Positions 1-11,920 of a stretch of 64,000 nt of DNA are shown here, one piece after another. Made by a program: the position numbers and the translations under genes. Position 1 is the first letter of the stretch. The number at the start of each line of letters is the position of its first letter. The stretch is taken from the NCBI RefSeq assembly GCF_963921235.1, contig NC_086097.1, positions 129,830,001-129,894,000 of the forward strand, written 5' to 3'. Below the pieces are notes generated by a model, which was not told where the DNA came from, made no database searches, and saw nothing but the letters and a program-made list of their open reading frames with translations. The DNA is from Mobula hypostoma. Its lineage: Eukaryota.

Positions 1-560
1 GTTAAGAAGACATACGGTGCATTGGCCTTCATCAACTGTAGGATTGAGTTTAAGAGCCAAGAGGTAACGTCGCAGCTATATAGGATCCTGGTCAGACCCC
101 ACTTGGAGTACAGCGCTCAATTCTGGTCGCCTCACTACAGGAAAGACGTGGAAACCATAGAAAGGGTGCAGAGGAGATTTACAAGGATGTTGCTTGGATT
201 GGGGAGCATGCCTTACGAGAATAGGTTGAGTGAATTCGACCTTTTCTCCTTGGAGCGATGGAGGATCAGAAGTGACCTGATATAGGTGTACTAGATAATG
301 AGAGGCATTGATTGTGTGGATAGTCAGAGGCTTTTTCCCGGGACTGAAATGGCTAGCATGAGAGGGCATAGTTTTAAGGTGCTTGGAAGTAGGTACATAG
401 GAGATGTCAGGGGTAAATTTTTTTATGCAGAGAGTAGTGAGTGAGTGGAATAGGCTGCCAGCAGCGGTGGTGGAGGTGGATACAATAGGGTCTTTTAAGA
501 GACTCTTGGATGGGTACATGGAGCTTGGAAAAATAGAGGGCTATAGGTAAGAATAGGTAG
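1..560 (+). mobile_element. CR1 LINE 3' fragment (ORF2 C-terminus)
   Basis: LYRILVRPHLEYSAQFWSPHYRKDVETIERVQRRFTRML, typical of CR1 ORF2 ends. Confidence 0.9.
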
Positions 561-2579
561 TTCTCAGGTAAGGACATGTTTGGAACAGCTTTGTGCCTGC
601 CTGGCATCACCTGTGTTCCCCTTGATCCTCCTACTGGCCCTCAAAATCCGTTTTCTCCTGCCCTCACATCTCTCCTCAGCATACATTTTAATCCCCTTCT
701 TACTTCTCTTGGTTCCAAACCCTCACCCTTCTGCTTCCAGTGATAATCTTGGAGTCCAAACTGCAATGTCCCCTGGGCCTCTGATTCTCTTCTAAATTCA
801 GAATAACCCCCCCATCCCCCTACTTTTGAATCTCCTCCCCTTAATTATATTTACCATGGCTCTAAGATCTTAGAGGCACTCATGCCATGTAGTAACACTA
901 CCACTATCTCAAATGGGACGAGTTAATTCAGCGGCCAGAAAAGGGGAGAAGTTGGAGCCCTCTCAGTCTCCAAAGGAGAACAGTGCAGACACCAGTAATC
1001 TGAAGCATATACAGGAAATTTTGCAAATGCTCTCCAGGTCAAATAGCATCTGAGGAGAAAGAAATGTTACCATTTCAGTCTGAAAACATTCTTCGGAATC
1101 TTTCACAGAAGGTCAATGAGCTGAAACATCGACTCTGTTTCTTTCTCTACAGGTGCAGCCTAACCCGCCGAGTCATTACTTTAGCCATCTCGGTGTATGT
1201 GCCTCACAGGGCAGCATATTTAATAACAGTCACTGAACCAACTAAAATAAATCCTGTCCTCTTGTGGCTTAAACTTTGGTGAATCATTTTATGCGTCAGG
1301 GACATTATGTGCAAGATCAGTACTGAGCCCCACAAATAATATGCGTTAATAGACAGATAACTGTCAATCATGGGTTATAAATTAATTTTAGAATTCATGT
1401 CTATAACCCAGTCAAATGATTATTGCACAGTGTGACTTTCTTAATTGCAGTCCCACAATACATTTGTAAGTGTGTGGTTATCTCTATACAAACCTAATGG
1501 ATTGATCTATCTTGGAGTCAAAGGTTCATCTTGCAGGAATTCAATTTGTAGAGCTACATTGTAAAAGCTTCTTTGAAATTCACTGTATTCTCTCCAAAAA
1601 ATGTCCTATATACACACCGATTCTCCTTACAAAAAGTTTGGCTGAGACTTGGGAAAACTGTTCAGTACCTTGACAGAATAAAGTTGATGGCCTAGAAATT
1701 GTCCTAGCTCATCATTCTGGTATTAACACAGGGCTGCAGATAACCTTGACAGTGTGTGTTGAAGTTTCATAAAAAGGGAGAGTTTCAGTTGTTGGGGAGG
1801 TGATGGGGTGTGAGTATTTGAGCAGGACTTGATTCAGAGTTGATGAGGAAGAATGGAAAAGTATAACTGGTTTGGCAAGAAATCAAGGTCAGTGTTTGAG
1901 TTACAGGAATTAAGTGTTGGGTGGGAGGATGAAAAGGGATGAAAGGTCAGTTGGGTGGGGAGGAGATACTGGGTTAAGGTACAAATAAATCATAGCTGTG
2001 TAGGAAGGGTCTACTTGGGACCAAGGTCACCAATGGAAGCTTGATAGATCACAGGGTCTGAATTTCAGAGGTTAAATTGTCAGAGGGTAGGGGGCTGGGA
2101 TCGATATGGGGTGGGGGAGGGGTTGCAGATGTATTGGTGCACTCTGTGGGATGCAGTTGTACTGAAAGACTCTAGATGACTGTGGGACTTGGCTTATGGT
2201 CATAGTCTAATCTACTGAAATGTTATATGCAAGATACAGAATTTGGAACCATTGAAACAGCAAAAAGAAAGCCTGGCTTCTTGAAGGGCCTATCCAATTA
2301 TTCCCATTTCAAAATCATTCCAATATAATCAGCTAAGACATGCTGTTTCCAATTGTTCTCACGTGCATTGAGAAAAGAAGTTATTTTCCAATTTTAAAAA
2401 AGATGAAAGTGCAATGACCTTTTATAAAACATTCATTCACTGGAAATGCATGTCACCAGGAAGGCCAGAGTTTCTTATCTGCTCTTAATTAATCTTGAAC
2501 TGACATGTTGGTCTGTTTTCAGAGGTTTTTAAGTCTGACTGGATTTGGAGATGCACGCAGGCAAGACCAAGTAAGGGCA

Positions 2580-3190
2580 CACAAGAGACTGCAGATGTTG
2601 GAGCAAGGAAAGAGCGAGATAACCAGTGGAGGGGAGAGGTGGAACAAGAGCGAGTGGGCGATGGGTGGATTCAGACGGGGAGGGAAGTGATAGGCAGTTG
2701 AAGGAGAAAGGAGAATAGGCCTGGCATCAGAAACTGGGAGGTAACAGGTGAAAGTGCCAAAATGATGGGATCTGAGGGCAGAAGCATATAGAGCATAGAA
2801 TAAAGGGAGAGAGGTGGGAGAGCAACTCGTATTCTAACTGAGCAGTGTCCAACCTGGTGACACAAAAAAAACATTGAATTTTTCAAACTTTTGGTAACTG
2901 CTGCCCATCTGTCCTTTTCCTTCTTTTTACTTTTCTCTCTCCCCGATCCAATTGGCTCCTATCACATATCTCTTTCTCCTCCCACAACCTCTCCGTGAGC
3001 TCATCACACACACACCTTTTCCACCTCCCTCTTTTTTTCCCACTTTTTCCTTCTACCTTTTTTACTGGCTATCATCCCTCTTTCTCTCAGTCCAAATAAA
3101 GGGTCTTGATGCAACATTCTGAACGTCCATTTCCTTCCATAGATGCTACTTGACCATTGAGTTCCTTCACACACTGTTCTGTGTTGCACC
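2580..3190. mobile_element. Degenerate Penelope-like terminal-repeat fragments in both orientations
   Basis: caagagactgcagatg, a purine-rich tract, and ttccatagatgct..gagttcc, as in the better-preserved Penelope copies in this window. Confidence 0.55.
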
Positions 3191-3599
3191 AGGACATTTG
3201 ATTTCTTCTTTCTTTATGATAGTCCAGTTACTTAACTGCCACTATTACTAATACTATTGTAACAGAGCTACTTAATTAAATTAATTTAACTTCCCTAGGG
3301 GCCATGTGAGATTTGAATACTTCTGCAGATAAATAGCCCATGCTATTAACTTAATCACAATGCATATTCATGACTGTATAGCTGAAACAGGTTAGGATAA
3401 CTTTGCTTTCAATCTATGAGATCAGATGTGTGCTGGAGAAGCGAACTCACAGCAACATGACTATTCCAGAAACTTCTACAATATGCCTAGAAAGATGCAA
3501 TTAGATGTCATATTGCATTAAAACAATGGGGCGAGGAGGGAGAAAACGATTGCTAACTTAAGAGAATGTATATTTTATGAAGGAGGATAGAAGAGTCAT

Positions 3600-4140
3600 G
3601 GAGTCAGACATACAGAGCAGAAGTGGGTATCTGGCCTATCCCATCTAAACTAGTTGCATTTGCCTGTGTTTGGCCCTTTTCCTTATAAACCTTTTCTATC
3701 TATGTACCTTAAGTACCTGCCTCAACCACTTCCTCTGGCAACTCAATCCATATACTGACCACACACTGGCAAAAAATTTGCTCCTTTGGCTCTTAATGAA
3801 TCTCTTTCCTCTCATCTTAAACCTATACTATCTAATTCTTGATTCTCCAACCCTGGGAAAAAGACTGTGTGTATTGAACCTATCTGTGTCCCTCACTGGA
3901 GCATTCTCCAGTGCTCCCATGACGGCAGTCCCAATCTCCTCACCTCTTTCCATGACCCAGTAGCTAGAGTCTGAACAACATCCTCATAAATCTCCACTGC
4001 ACTATTTCCAGCTTGCTGACATCTTTCCTATGGCAGGGGTGGGGTGACCAAAGCTGAACACAATATCCTAAATGCAGTCTCACCATCATCTTGTACAACT
4101 GCAGTATAGGAACATTAAAAACTGGCTTGGTCATCCCCTC
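3600..4140 (-). mobile_element. CR1 3' fragments
   Basis: LYKMMVRLHLGYCVQLWSPH..KLEIVQWRFMRML in ORF 3964-4170. Confidence 0.75.
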
Positions 4141-4196
4141 TAATTTACAGTATGTTATCTGATGCATCACAGGTTGGTATGGTAACTACCCTGCCT

Positions 4197-4756
4197 GGGG
4201 TGTATGGGGTGTCAGGGAGGGGTAGCACCTCTGGTGGGGGAACATGTCGCGTCCTTTTCAAGGTGGTTAGTCCACCTTTGGTCCCCACCTGGCACTCAGC
4301 TCTCACCTGTGACTCCTCGTAGCTGGTTGCATGCGACAGCAGCCACACCCCGGGCAATGGCTTTGACAAGCCGGCTAAACCAGTTGAGGGTAGCCGACGG
4401 GTCTCAAACCCTCGGTGAGATAGGGAGTTGTCTATCCCAGCATGTGAAGACAGACTCCGGCGGATTGAGCGGACGAGACCAATGGAAGGTCCAACGGTCA
4501 AGAAGGCGGTCTCTGCAAGCGTCGTGGAACTTGTAGAGCAGGACAAGACACAGAAGGCGTCCCGGTCATCCACTGCGCCTAGTCCCATCTCCAGCCGTCT
4601 CGACTCTGTCTTGCCACTGGATACAGATGGGAATTGGGAAGAGAGAGTGAGGCTGACGCTGCGCAACTCCCCCTCACTTAAATCCAAATCACGCGCTAGT
4701 CTCGACACCGTCAATGGTGTCGAGGTCCTCATCGACGTCGACGATGGACAAACACA
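4197..4756 (+). mobile_element. Non-autonomous RTE-like short element (5'UTR joined to a 3' end) headed by an HDV-like ribozyme
   Basis: GC/CpG-rich insert flanked by a short duplication (ctgcctg) inside the Rex1 copy; RTE-type 3' end catcgacgtcgacgatggacaaacaca; no credible protein. Confidence 0.7.
4206..4390 (+). ncRNA. HDV-like ribozyme (predicted)
   Basis: P1 ggggtgt/acacccc; P2 4300-4309/4381-4390; P3 gac/gcc; L3 begins tcctcg; gggcaa after P1'; P4 ggctt/aagcc; J4/2 ggCtaa. Confidence 0.75.
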
Positions 4757-5003
4757 CTCTGCCTGAGATTGTAAGGAACTGCAGAGAGTTATGGACACAG
4801 CTCAGCACATCAGGGAAAACCAGTCTCCCCTCCAGGAACTCTGTCTACACTTCTCACTGCCTTGGTAGAGCAGCCAACACTATTAAAGACCTCAACACCT
4901 CTCTGATTGGGTAGAAGATACAAAAGCCTGAGAGCACAATACACCAGGCGCAAGGACAGCTTCTATCTTCTATTCCATTTTTATAAGACTATTGAAATGG
5001 TTA

Positions 5004-5291
5004 AAATAAATAAATAATAATAAAGGCATCCTTCAGTCTTGCGAGACCATGGATCTGCGCCTGGAAAGTCTTCACTCTCCAGGGCGCAGGTCTGGGCAAG
5101 GTTGCCCATGCTGCAAGTCTCCCCTCTCCACAACACCAGTGTTGTCCAAGGGAAGGGCATTAGGACCCATGCAGCTTGGCACCAGTGTCATCGCAGAGCA
5201 ATGACACAACACATTGCCTCGGCTGGGGCTTGAACTCACGACCTTCAGGTCGCTAGTCCAATGCCTTAACCACTTGGCTATGAGCCCACAC
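5004..5291 (-). mobile_element. tRNA-derived SINE
   Basis: Minus-strand head tagccaagtggttaaggc..gagttcaagcc (A and B boxes), (TTA)n-like tail, 11-bp TSD tgaaatggtta at 4993-5003 and 5292-5302. Confidence 0.85.
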
Positions 5292-5459
5292 TGAAATGGT
5301 TATCAGGTATGATAAGATAGACTCTTGACCTCAGAATCTACCTCATTATGGCCAGGCACTTCATTGTCTAACTTTCTCTGTAACTGTAAGACTTCATTCT
5401 GCATTCTGTTATTGCTTCTCTCTGTACTAGTGTACCTCAAGGAAATAAATCTCTGCCAG

Positions 5460-5680
5460 ATTCTACTACTCACCCATATACTAGGGACAATTTACGGTGT
5501 CTAATAAATCCACCAATCTGCACCCCCTTGGGATATGGAAGGAAACAGGGCATCCAAAAGCAATGCCTGTGATCACTGGGTGAATGTGCAAACAGTACAC
5601 AGTACCCGAGGTCACAATCAAACTTGGGTTGCTGGAGCATCTTTACTATCAAGTTACTTGGCTGAGCCACTGTGCACATA
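5460..5680 (-). mobile_element. Degenerate SINE
   Basis: ttgggatatggaaggaaac core, similar to the copy at ~44100-44275. Confidence 0.55.
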
Positions 5681-6328
5681 TCGTCCATTAGCAATGTACA
5701 GTATCACAAAATAACGCATCCTGCTTGGCACATGCTTGCCAGCCATTTGCATTTCCTTCTGATCTGAATATCCTTTGCCCTCCTGTATTTAAACATCATA
5801 TTCCATGAACAATTAATATCTTCATTGAGGCAGCAAAGATACAAAAAGGCTATGAAAATGCATCCTTGCTGGAAATGGCAAGCAGTTGGTGGAGATGTAT
5901 GTCAGACATGGAGAGGTTTATGCAGGGGATATTAATACCATGCTAAAAGAGGTGTCATGCAGAGTGCTGTTTAACTACTTTTAATACTATTTAAAATCTG
6001 CCGATATAATTTTCGGGTACCCAGATTGCAATGGAAAACCTTCTTCCTTTTGGAGCCTTTAAACTAGTTTCAATATCATTTCCTCTGACAACATATGCCG
6101 AACAGCAACTTTAGATCTATTAATGCTATTGGCACAAATTAGCATCCAAATAATATATGCTAACAATGATTTGAATAATTATAGCTGATTAAACCTTGCC
6201 ATTCACTGCCAGCAGGAAGTTAAGCTACAGTTTATTAGAGACTGCATTTGTCATTGTTGTAATTAACTCAAAAACTGGAACTGAAACTTGCCCAGTTGAG
6301 TGCAGAGGTCTAAATTGCTTTTAGATTT

Positions 6329-6373
6329 TATGTATGTATGTATGTATGTATGTATGTATGTATGTATGTATGT
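6329..6373. repeat. (ATGT)n microsatellite
   Basis: Direct observation, about 11 units. Confidence 0.95.
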
Positions 6374-6633
6374 GATGAAAGGTCATAATACAAGACAACT
6401 GGAGCTAAATTGCTGGCATATGTGACTGCTCTGCTGTTGGCTTTGGGTTACGTCAAAGGGACTCTACAGTACAGTACAACAAACTTGCTGAGCGAGGACA
6501 GTAGGCAAAAAGTTGGGTCAAAGAGGTCAGCTTTCAGATATGTGTAAGGAGAAAAAGAGTAGAAAGGCAGATCACACACACCAAAGTTGCTGGTGAACGC
6601 AGCAGGCCAGGCAGCATCTCTAGGAAGAGGTAC

Positions 6634-6669
6634 AGTCGACGTTTCGGGCCGAGACCCTTCGTCAGGACT
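6634..6669 (-). ncRNA. Minimal type I hammerhead ribozyme in the Penelope terminal repeat
   Basis: agtc-CTGACGA-agggtctcggccc-GAAA-cgTC-gact, with palindromic ACGT in stem III. Confidence 0.85.
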
Positions 6670-7555
6670 ACCTGAAAGAAGAGCTAGTAAGAGATTTGAA
6701 AGTGGGAGGAGGAGGGGAGATCCAAAATGATAGAAGACAGGAAGGGGAGGGATGGAGCCAAGAGCTGGACAGTTGATTGGCAAAGGGGATATGAGAGGAT
6801 CATGGGACAGGAGGCCTAGGGAGAAAGAAAAGGGGGGGGGGAACCCAGAGGATGGGCAAGGGGTATCGTGAGAGGGACAGAGGGAGAAAAAAGAGAGAGA
6901 GAAAAAGAATGTGTGTATATAAATAAATAACGGATGGGGTACGAGGGGGAGGTGGGGCATTAGCAGAAGTTTGCGAAGTCAATGTTCATGCCATCAGGTT
7001 GGAAGCTACCCAGACGGAATATAAGGTGTTGTTACTCCAACCTGAGTGTGACTTCATCTTTACAGCAGAGGAGGCCATGGACAGACATATCAGAATGGGA
7101 AAGGGATGTGGAATTAAAATGTGTGGCTACTGGGAGATCCTGCTTTCTCTGACGGACAGAGCATAGGTGTTCAGCGAGATGATCTCCCAGTCTGCGTCGG
7201 GTCTTGCCAATATATAGAAGGCCACATCGGGAGCACCGGACGCAGTATACCATCCCAGCCGACTCACAGGTGAAGTGTCACCTCACCTGGAAGGACTATC
7301 TGGGGTCCTGAATGGTGGTGAGGGAGGAAGTGTAAGGGCATGTGTAGCACTTGTTCCGCTTACACGGATAAGTTCCAGGAGGGGGATCGGTGGGGAGGGA
7401 TGGGGGGGACGAACGGACAAGGGAGTCACATAGGGAGCGATCCCTGCGGAAAGCGGGGGGGGGCGGGGGAAGGGAAAGATGTGCTTAGTGGTGGGATCCT
7501 GTTGGAGGTGGCAGAAGTACAGAGAATAATATGTTGGACCCGGAGGCTTTCAGTT

Positions 7556-7591
7556 AGTCCTGATGAAGGGTCTCGGCCCGAAACTTTGACT
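7556..7591 (+). ncRNA. Second, degenerate Penelope hammerhead
   Basis: agtc-CTGATGA-agggtctcggccc-GAAA-cttt-gact; stem III palindrome mutated. Confidence 0.65.
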
Positions 7592-8819
7592 GTACCTCTT
7601 CCTAGAGATGCTGCCTGGCCTGCTGCGTTCACCAGCAACTTTGATGTGTGTGGCTTGAATTTGCAGCATCTGCAGATTTCCTCGTGTTTGCATAGAAAGG
7701 CAGATGTAATTCAAAATATAAATTTGGTACTTTCATCATACTGAGGTGATTTCAGTGAAATGGCCTTGACCCTTATCTGTCTTCCTGTTCAGCACCTCCT
7801 CTGTAACTGTAGCACTATCTTCTGCATTCTGTTATTGTTTTATCCCTTTGTACTACCACAGTGTTTGGAATGATCTGTCTGGGTGGCATGCAAACAAAGC
7901 TTTTTACTCTATGATATTTCACGTGACAATAATAAACCAGCTACCAATTGTATTGTTCTCATAATAAAAAAATCCTGCAAATAAACCATTGAAGCAATTA
8001 TGGAATCAATTAATGATGGTATTAATTTCTTACAGCACAGAGTGGAAGTAATTAAAATGAAACTATTTAAAAAAAAAGTTACTTATTTGACCATTAGTGC
8101 ATTAGCACCTTCAAAAGATATACAAGGAAGAACTTGATTCTCATTAGGGGAAGATTCTTTCATATAGTATCACTTCAACATTGGACAAATTAGAATCTTA
8201 TTATGTAGTTTGCTTTTGTTAATTCAAGCATGTCACAGGATTAAGAAGGACTTGAGCAACCTGCATCTGTCATTTAGAATTGGAAGTTGAATGTATTTAA
8301 AGGCTCAATACTGATACGTATATAAATGTAAATTTCATGCACAAGTAAAAAGACATTCCATGATTACAATTGGTTCTTCACGAAAGGACAATTAATAAAT
8401 GTTAGAAGCCTGCATTGTTGAAGCTAGCAGGGCAGCAATGATACAATAGCATTTAACTTGCTCTTTAATTGAATCATTGTGAAAATTGATGTTATGGTTT
8501 GTGTAAAATACTTATAAGTGCCTCCTTCTTAAATAAGTTTCTGTTCCACAAGTTCCAGCTGGTAACTTGCTTGCTTCTTAAAGCACATGCCAGCTGGTCA
8601 GTCAAAGGAAACCTGATGGACACACCAGTTACTTGTATCATCTGCCTGCAGTGGGCCGTGAATGGGATGTGATTGAAGATTGATCTTATAAGGCATTTTA
8701 TCATATTGAAGGCACGTTAAATGCACTTTTCAACACTTATTATCAGGGACTCGGGTAACTGATGGCACCATTGAATCCATCTTGCAGTATACAACAAAAA
8801 ATGATCTCCGCAGCCTCAG

Positions 8820-9415
8820 AACAACACACATAAAATGCTGGAGGAACTCAGCAGGTCAGGCAGCACCATGGAGAGGAATAAACCGTTGATGGTTTGGGCT
8901 GAGACCCTTTATCAGGACTGGAACAGAAGGGGGAAGAAGCCAGAATAGTAAGGTGGGGGAGCGAAGGAATACAACCTGGCAAGTAATCGGGGAAATCGGG
9001 TAATGAGGAAAGTAGGTTGGTGGCGGAGGCATGCTGAACTGAGAAGCTGGGAAGTGATAGGTGGAAGAGGTAAATGACTGAAGAAGGGATCTGATGGAGA
9101 CAGTGGACCATGGAAGAAGGGGAAGGAGGAGGGGCACCAGAGAGAGGTGATAGGCAGGGGCGGAGAAGAGAAGAGGGAAGAGGGGAGCTAGAATCGGGAA
9201 TGGAAAGAGAGAGAAGTGAGGGGTGGGGGAAGAAATTATTGGAAGTTAGACAAATCAATGTTATGCCATCAGGTTGGAGATCACCTAGGTGGACTATGTC
9301 AATGAGGTGTTGCTCCTCCAATCTGAGAGTGGCCTCATCATGACCATAGAGGAGGCCATGGACTAACAAGTCAGAATGGGAAATGGGAAGTCAAATTGAA
9401 ATGGGTGGCCACCAG
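8820..9415 (-). mobile_element. Penelope-like 3' fragment
   Basis: HGLLYGHDEATLRLEEQHLI and a decayed hammerhead tail. Confidence 0.85.
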
Positions 9416-10289
9416 GTCCCCCACTTTTGGTAAGCCTTCACTCTAACCTCAGCCCTTCATGCCTATGGATGTTAATTACCAACTGCACTGGGCAGATTGA
9501 ATGAGCTTTTCCCAAAACAATATTGATAGAGTTACTATCAATAATAGTTGTTTCTTATTATTCTATATACATTAGTTCATTTTTTCGAGTCAACATTCTT
9601 CATTGTAAAGCATTTAATTGGTTAGCTCATTTTTAACTTATTGACACTGCACAGTGTCTGAGAATTGTGATGGTTGAATGCGTGGTGTATTTGTTCTCAT
9701 AGGCAGTGACCTTTGCCGTACTGTTGAGATGATGAGAAAGAACAAGGACTCCGAACAAGACAGCATTCCAGCAAAAAAACTTGAAAACCAGAGGAGATGC
9801 CACAACTTTGTTGTGGAAATCAGAAGATACTTGAAGTGCTGGAAATCTGAAATGAATTGAGAAAACGCCGGAAACTCTCAGGAAGCCAAGCAGCTCCTGC
9901 AGAAGGAAAAACAATGATAATGTCGTGGAGGATGCTTTTGTCAGAACCTCATGGCTGTGATACGTGGGATTGTGAAGAAATTCCCGTTGATCCAGGGAAT
10001 ATTGAAACAGTGAGCACATTTGTGAAGAAGGTGTCATTGTGTGAACTACCATGGCGCCTCACTCCTCTTCATCAAACTCTCCTAGACAGTATCCTTCCCC
10101 TTTCTGGGAAAATCCTGCTGGATTTGCACTGTGGTTTGAGACTAGCATGGGAAACTCCAGAATGTATTTTGTGGAGCTGTTCGTGTCTCTCACTAATCCC
10201 TCTGCAGTCTTTGAATCACAGAAACAGGCCCTCTGCCCACTGAGTCATGCTGATCATCAATCACCCATTTACACTTTACTTTCATCCAC

Positions 10290-11110
10290 TCTCCCTTGCA
10301 ACACTGTTGACTGTGAAGTTCTGTGAAAATGGCTGATTGAATTCTGATCCCTGGAGAAGTTTGTTAATATAGTAGCCTTACTGCAGAGCCACATGACTGC
10401 CACGGTCCGGGGCAGTGGTCCCGACACGGAACCTTTTCTCATCAGCACGAACCAATTGTTGCCCAACCTTTTATTTTGCTTGCATCCTGTTTCTCACAGA
10501 CCACCTTCCAAAAGCAGCTACCATCGAAATGATACATAAGAACTTACCAGTCTTGCTCATCTACTCCTCAAGTTCAAAACCAGCAGAATGTCAATCACTG
10601 AATTTGTGGATGCTGATGACTGTAATATCACAGCACATACAGAGGATATCGGGCGGACCATCTTTTCAAATGCCATCAGTAGAAAGAATAAAAGTGTGAC
10701 ACCAGCCAACCCTTGACAGACCATGCCCCCACCATGTACGAACTGTCCCCTGGATAGGCCACACCCACACCATAGCCAGATCATCTCCTAGACAGTGTAC
10801 ACCCTCACCATGAATCAGTCAGGATAGCTTACACCGTTACCAGGTGTCAACCATCCTCTGGACAAACCCAAAAAGCAGAATGCAATAGTGGGAACTTTAT
10901 CCAGCACTGAAATGGCTACTAGGTTCTGCCTATGAGAACAAATACACCCCGCATTCAACCATCACAATTCTCAGACACCATGCAGTGGCATCGATAAACC
11001 AAGCTGCTTCAATGCCTGTAAAATCTGGGTGCCTTGGAAAAGTATCATCAGCATCATCTTCTTCAAATCCTTACAATCAATTCGAAGGAGCAACACACAA
11101 ATGCCGCTCC
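10290..11110 (+). mobile_element. Old RTE LINE reverse-transcriptase remnant
   Basis: Frameshifted motifs NTVDCEVL..EKFVNIV..MTATVRGSG..EPF, TEFVDADDCNITAHTED and LEKYHQHHLLQIL. Confidence 0.6.
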
Positions 11111-11424
11111 TGTGCATAGCTTATGTTGGGTCTATGGATGCTAGTTACCAACTTCACTGGGCAGATTGAATGAGATCTTCCCAAAACAATATTGGTAGAG
11201 TTATTGTCAATAATAGTTGTTTCTTATTACTCTATATACATTAGTTCATTGTTTCGCATCAACATTCTTCATTGTAAAGCATTTAATTGGTTGGCTCATT
11301 TTTAACTTATTGAAAACAACTTGAATCACATCCCAATGACCACCACACCTCCATTACTGACCTGCACACATCTCTCTTTGGCAGTATCTAATTTTCAAAT
11401 TCCTCTCCACATTTTGAGATCTCT

Positions 11425-11920
11425 CCAGGGTCTGGTCATGAACACGGCACAGCACATCACACAAACCAATCTTCCGTCCGTGGACTCCCTTCACACTGCA
11501 CGCTGTCGGAGCAGTGCTGCCAGGATAATCAAGGACAGGATCCACCCAGCCAACACACTTTTCATCCCTCTTCCCTCCGAGAGTAGGTTCAGGAGCTTAA
11601 AGACTCGTACGGCCAGATTTGGGAACAGCTTCTTTCCAACTGTGATAAGACTGCTGAATGGATCCTGACCCGGATCTGGGCCGTACCCTCCAAATATCCG
11701 GACCTGCCTCTCGGTTTTTTTTGCACTACCTTACTTCCCATTTTTCTATTTTCTATTTGTGATTTATAATTAAAATTTTTAATATCCACTAATTTTAACT
11801 ATTTTTAATATCTTTAATATTTAATATTTGTAATCCAGGGAGTGTGAAGCGCAGAATCAAATATCGCTGTGATGATTGTATGTTCTAGTACCAATTGTTT
11901 GGCGACAATAAAGTATAAAG
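11425..11920 (+). mobile_element. Rex1/Babar 3' end
   Basis: LQGLVMNTAQHIT..RCRSSAARIIKD..HP..LPS..RFRSLKTRTARFGNSFFPTVIRLLN; tail gacaataaagtataaagta. Confidence 0.85.

Larger units (their letters stand above)
4150..5440 (+). mobile_element. Rex1/Babar (L2-like) LINE 3' end, interrupted by two insertions
   Basis: gcatcacaggttggtatggtaac resumes after the first insert at gagattgtaaggaactgcagagagt; later YTSHCLGRAANTIKD and aaggacagcttctat. Confidence 0.7.
6573..7692 (-). mobile_element. 5'-truncated Penelope-like element (GIY-YIG end) with an inverted terminal repeat
   Basis: VYCVRCSRCGLLYIGKTRRRLGDHLAEH..PVATHFNS; terminal segment repeated in inverted orientation at ~7550-7690; 13-bp TSD tagaaaggcagat at 6560-6572 and 7693-7705. 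Confidence 0.92.

Noticed and set aside
4370..4420. Twister-like gggtctcaaaccc loop
   Set aside because: P2 and T1 could not be built in twister order; the HDV fold explains the upstream part better
4145..4798. 217-aa minus ORF and overlapping plus ORFs
   Set aside because: GC-rich RTE-like UTR sequence; explained by RNA structure, with no protein motifs
5225..5288. tRNA-like sequence
   Set aside because: It is the head of a SINE with a tail and TSD, not a tRNA gene
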